Assembly: GCA_964016885.1 (NCBI GenBank)
Contig: OZ024740.1
Location: forward strand, 318,556,001-318,620,000
Direction: 5' to 3'
Length of the DNA: 64,000 nt
From: Eledone cirrhosa
Lineage: Eukaryota
Shown here: positions 60,660 through 64,000 of the stretch, one piece after another
Position numbering within the stretch: the first letter of the stretch is position 1
Layout of the letters: each line of letters opens with the position of its first letter
Notes under the pieces: model-generated
The model's input: the letters and a program-made list of their open reading frames with translations, nothing else
Told to the model about the DNA's origin: nothing
Database searches by the model: none
Position numbers and translations under genes: made by a program

Positions 60660-63600
60660 TCTAACGACTCTAACAATTCGAAGTATTTCTACTACAATAC
60701 TAACAACAGATAATCTGGGATTGTCTCGTCTATTTCCACAACATACATTCTATCTGACATTCTAACGACTCTACCAATTCGAAGTTTTTCTACTACAATA
60801 CTCCCAACAAATAATCAAGGATTGTATCGTCCATTTCCACAACTTACATTCTATCTGACATTCTAACGACTCTACCCATTCGCTGTATTTCTACTACAAT
60901 ACTAACTTCAAATAATCCAGGATTGTCTCCTCTATTTCCACAACTTACATTCTATGTCACAACCTAACGAGTCTAGCAATTCGCTGTGTTTCTACTACAA
61001 TACTCACAACAAATAAACCAGGATTGTATCGTCTATTTCCACAACTTACATTATATCTGACATACTAACGACTCTACGAATTCGAAGTCTTTCTACTACA
61101 ATACTAACTTTAAACTATCCAGGATTGTCTCCTCTATTTCCACAACTTACATTCTATCTGACATTCTAACGACTCTATCAATTCGAAGTCTTTCTACTAC
61201 AATACTAACGTCAAATAATCCAGGATTGTCTCGTCTATTTCCACAACTTAAGTTCTATCTGACATTCTAACGACTCTACCAATTCGAATTCTTTCTATTA
61301 CAATACTCACAACAAATAATCCAGGATTGTCTCGTCTATTTCCACAACTTACATTCTATCTGACATTCTAACGACTCTACGAATTCGCTGTCTTTCTACT
61401 ACAATGCCCACAACAAATAATCCACGACTGTCTCGTCTATTTCCACAACTTACATTCTATCTGACATTCTAACAACTCTACCAATTCGAAATCTTTCTAC
61501 TAAAATACTCAACAACAAACAATCCAGGATTGTCTCGTCTATTTCTACAACTTACATTCTATGTGACATTCAAACGACTCTATCAATTCGAAGTCTTTCT
61601 ACAACCATACTAACGTAAAATAATCCAGGATTGTCTCGTCCATTTCCACAACTTACATTCTATCTGACATTCTACACGACTCTACCAATTCGAAGTCTTT
61701 CTACTACAAAACTAACTTTAAATAATCCAGGATTGTCTCGTCTATCTCCAGACCTTACATTCTATCTGACATTCTAACGACTCTACCAGTTCGCTGTATT
61801 TCAACTACAATACTAACTTCAAATAATCCAGGATTGTCTCGTCTATTTCCACAACTTACATTCTATCTGATATTCTAACGACTCTACCCATTCGCTGTAT
61901 TTCTACTACAATACTAACTTCAAATAATCCAGGATTGTCTCGTCTACTTCCACAACTTACATTCTATGTGATATTCTAACGACTCTACCAATTCGAAATC
62001 TTTCTACTACAATACTCACAACAAATAATCCATATTGTCTCGTCTATTTCCACCACTTACATTCTATCTGACATTCAAACGACTCTATCAATTCGAAGTC
62101 TTTCTACTACAATACTAACGTCAAATAATCCAGGATTGTCTCGTCTATTTCCACAACTTACGTTCTATCTAACATTGAAACGACTCTACCAGTTCGATGT
62201 CTTTGTACTACAATACTCACAAAAAAATAATCCAGGATTGTATCGTCTTTTTCCACAACTTACATTCTATCTGACATTCTAACGACTCTACCAATTCGCT
62301 GTATTTCTACTACAATACTAACTTCAATTAGTCCAGGATTGTCTCATCTATTTCCACAACTTACATTCTATCTGACATTCTAACGACTCTACCAATTCGA
62401 AGTATTTCTACTACAATACTAACAACAGATAATCTGGGATTGTCTCGTCTATTTCCACAACATACATTCTATCTGACATTCTAACGACTCTACCAATTCG
62501 AAGTTTTTCTACTACAATACTCCCAACAAATAATCAAGGATTGTATCGTCTATTTCCACAACTTACATTCTATCTGACATTCTAACGACTCTACCCATTC
62601 GCTGTATTTCTACTACAATACTAACTTCAAATAATCCAGGATTGTCTCCTCTATTTCCACAACTTACATTCTATGTCACAATCTAACGAGTCTAGCAATT
62701 CGCTGTGTTTCTACTACAATACTCACAACAAATAAACCAGGATTGTCTCGTCTATTTCCACAACTTACATTATATCTGACATACTAACGACTCTACGAAT
62801 TCGAAGTCTTTCTACTACAATACTAACTTTAAACTATCCAGGATTGTCTCCTCTATTTCCACAACTTACATTCTATCTGACATTCTAACGACTCTATCAA
62901 TTCGAAGTCTTTCTACTACAATACTAACGTCAAATAATCCAGGATTGTCTCGTCTATTTCCACAACTTACGTTCTATCTGACATTCTAACGACTCTACCA
63001 ATTCGAATTCTTTCTATTACAATACTCACAACAAATAATCCAGGATTGTCTCGTCTATTTCCACAACTTACATTCTATCTGACATTCTAACGACTCTACG
63101 AATTCGCTGTCTTTCTACTACAATGCCCACAACAAATAATCCACGACTGTCTCGTCTATTTCCACAACTTACATTCTATCTGACATTCTAACGACTCTAC
63201 CAATTCGAAATCTTTCTACTAAAATACTCAACAACAAACAATCCAGGATTGTCTCGTCTATTTCTACAACTTACATTCTATGTGACATTCAAACGACTCT
63301 ATCAATTCGAAGTCTTTCTACAACCATACTAACGTAAAATAATCCAGGATTGTCTCGTCCATTTCCACAACTTACATTCTATCTGACATTCTACACGACT
63401 CTACCAATTCGAAGTCTTTCTACTACAAAACTAACTTTAAATAATCCAGGATTGTCTCGTCTATCTCCAGACCTTACATTCTATCTGACATTCTAACGAC
63501 TCTACCAGTTCGCTGTATTTCAACTACAATACTAACTTCAAATAATCCAGGATTGTCTCGTCTATTTCCACAACTTACATTCTATCTGATATTCTAACGA

Positions 63601-64000
63601 CTCTACCCATTCGCTGTATTTCTACTACAATACTAACTTCAAATAATCCAGGATTGTCTCGTCTACTTCCACAACTTACATTCTATGTGATATTCTAACG
63701 ACTCTACCAATTCGAAATCTTTCTACTACAATACTCACAACAAATAATCCATATTGTCTCGTCTATTTCCACCACTTACATTCTATCTGACATTCAAACG
63801 ACTCTATCAATTCGAAGTCTTTCTACTACAATACTAACGTCAAATAATCCAGGATTGTCTCGTCTACTTCCACAACTTACATTCTATGTGATATTCTAAC
63901 GACTCTACCAATTCGAAATCTTTCTACTACAATACTCACAACAAATAATCCATATTGTCTCGTCTATTTCCACAACTTACGTTCTATCTGACATTGAAAC
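60660..64000 (+). repeat. Second block of the 17-monomer HOR (1719 bp), ~2 copies
   Basis: TACACGACTC at 61673 and 63392 (1719 apart), with the same private markers as 39240-46110. Confidence 0.9.

Larger units (their letters stand above)
1..64000 (+). repeat. Tandem satellite DNA array, 101-bp monomer, ~633 copies head-to-tail, running off both window ends
   Basis: CAAATAATCC starts at 2 and 103 and recurs every ~101 bp; the last copy starts at 63942 (633x101+7 from the first). The core ACATTCTATCTGACATTCTAACGACTCTACC recurs, with point variants, in every unit, and I found no non-repeat sequence. Confidence 0.99.

Noticed and set aside
1-64000. CRISPR-like array (constant part plus variable part, short palindrome)
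   Set aside because: There are no unique spacers: the variable slots are a few substitutions within homologous sequence. The 101-bp period is too long, and there is no leader or cas gene.
1-64000. Embedded transposon, telomeric repeat, rDNA/5S unit or strand inversion
   Set aside because: I saw no interruption of the 101-bp register, no G-rich reverse-orientation monomers, no telomeric motif runs and no 5S/rRNA similarity. A very short insertion could have escaped reading by eye.

Overview
The whole 64-kb window is one uninterrupted head-to-tail satellite DNA array. The monomer is 101 bp and ~36% GC, with about 633.6 copies, all in the same orientation. Working consensus: CAAATAATCCAGGATTGTCTCGTCTATTTCCACAACTTACATTCTATCTGACATTCTAACGACTCTACCAATTCGAAGTCTTTCTACTACAATACTCACAA. 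I see no credible gene, RNA gene, transposon or CRISPR array; the listed ORFs are chance read-throughs of the repeat. The informative structure is at the higher-order level. Diagnostic monomer variants define a succession of local higher-order repeats (HORs) with different periods: 21-, 19-, 28-, 26/27- and 17-mers, and a nested 30+16=46-mer. There are also short 1-4-monomer duplications, left-to-right turnover of variants, and a reappearance of the 17-mer about 18 kb from its main block. This architecture is typical of eukaryotic centromeric or pericentromeric satellites, but centromere function, organism and family identity cannot be established from the sequence alone. All spacings were counted by eye from marker motifs, and block boundaries are approximate (about one monomer or more).
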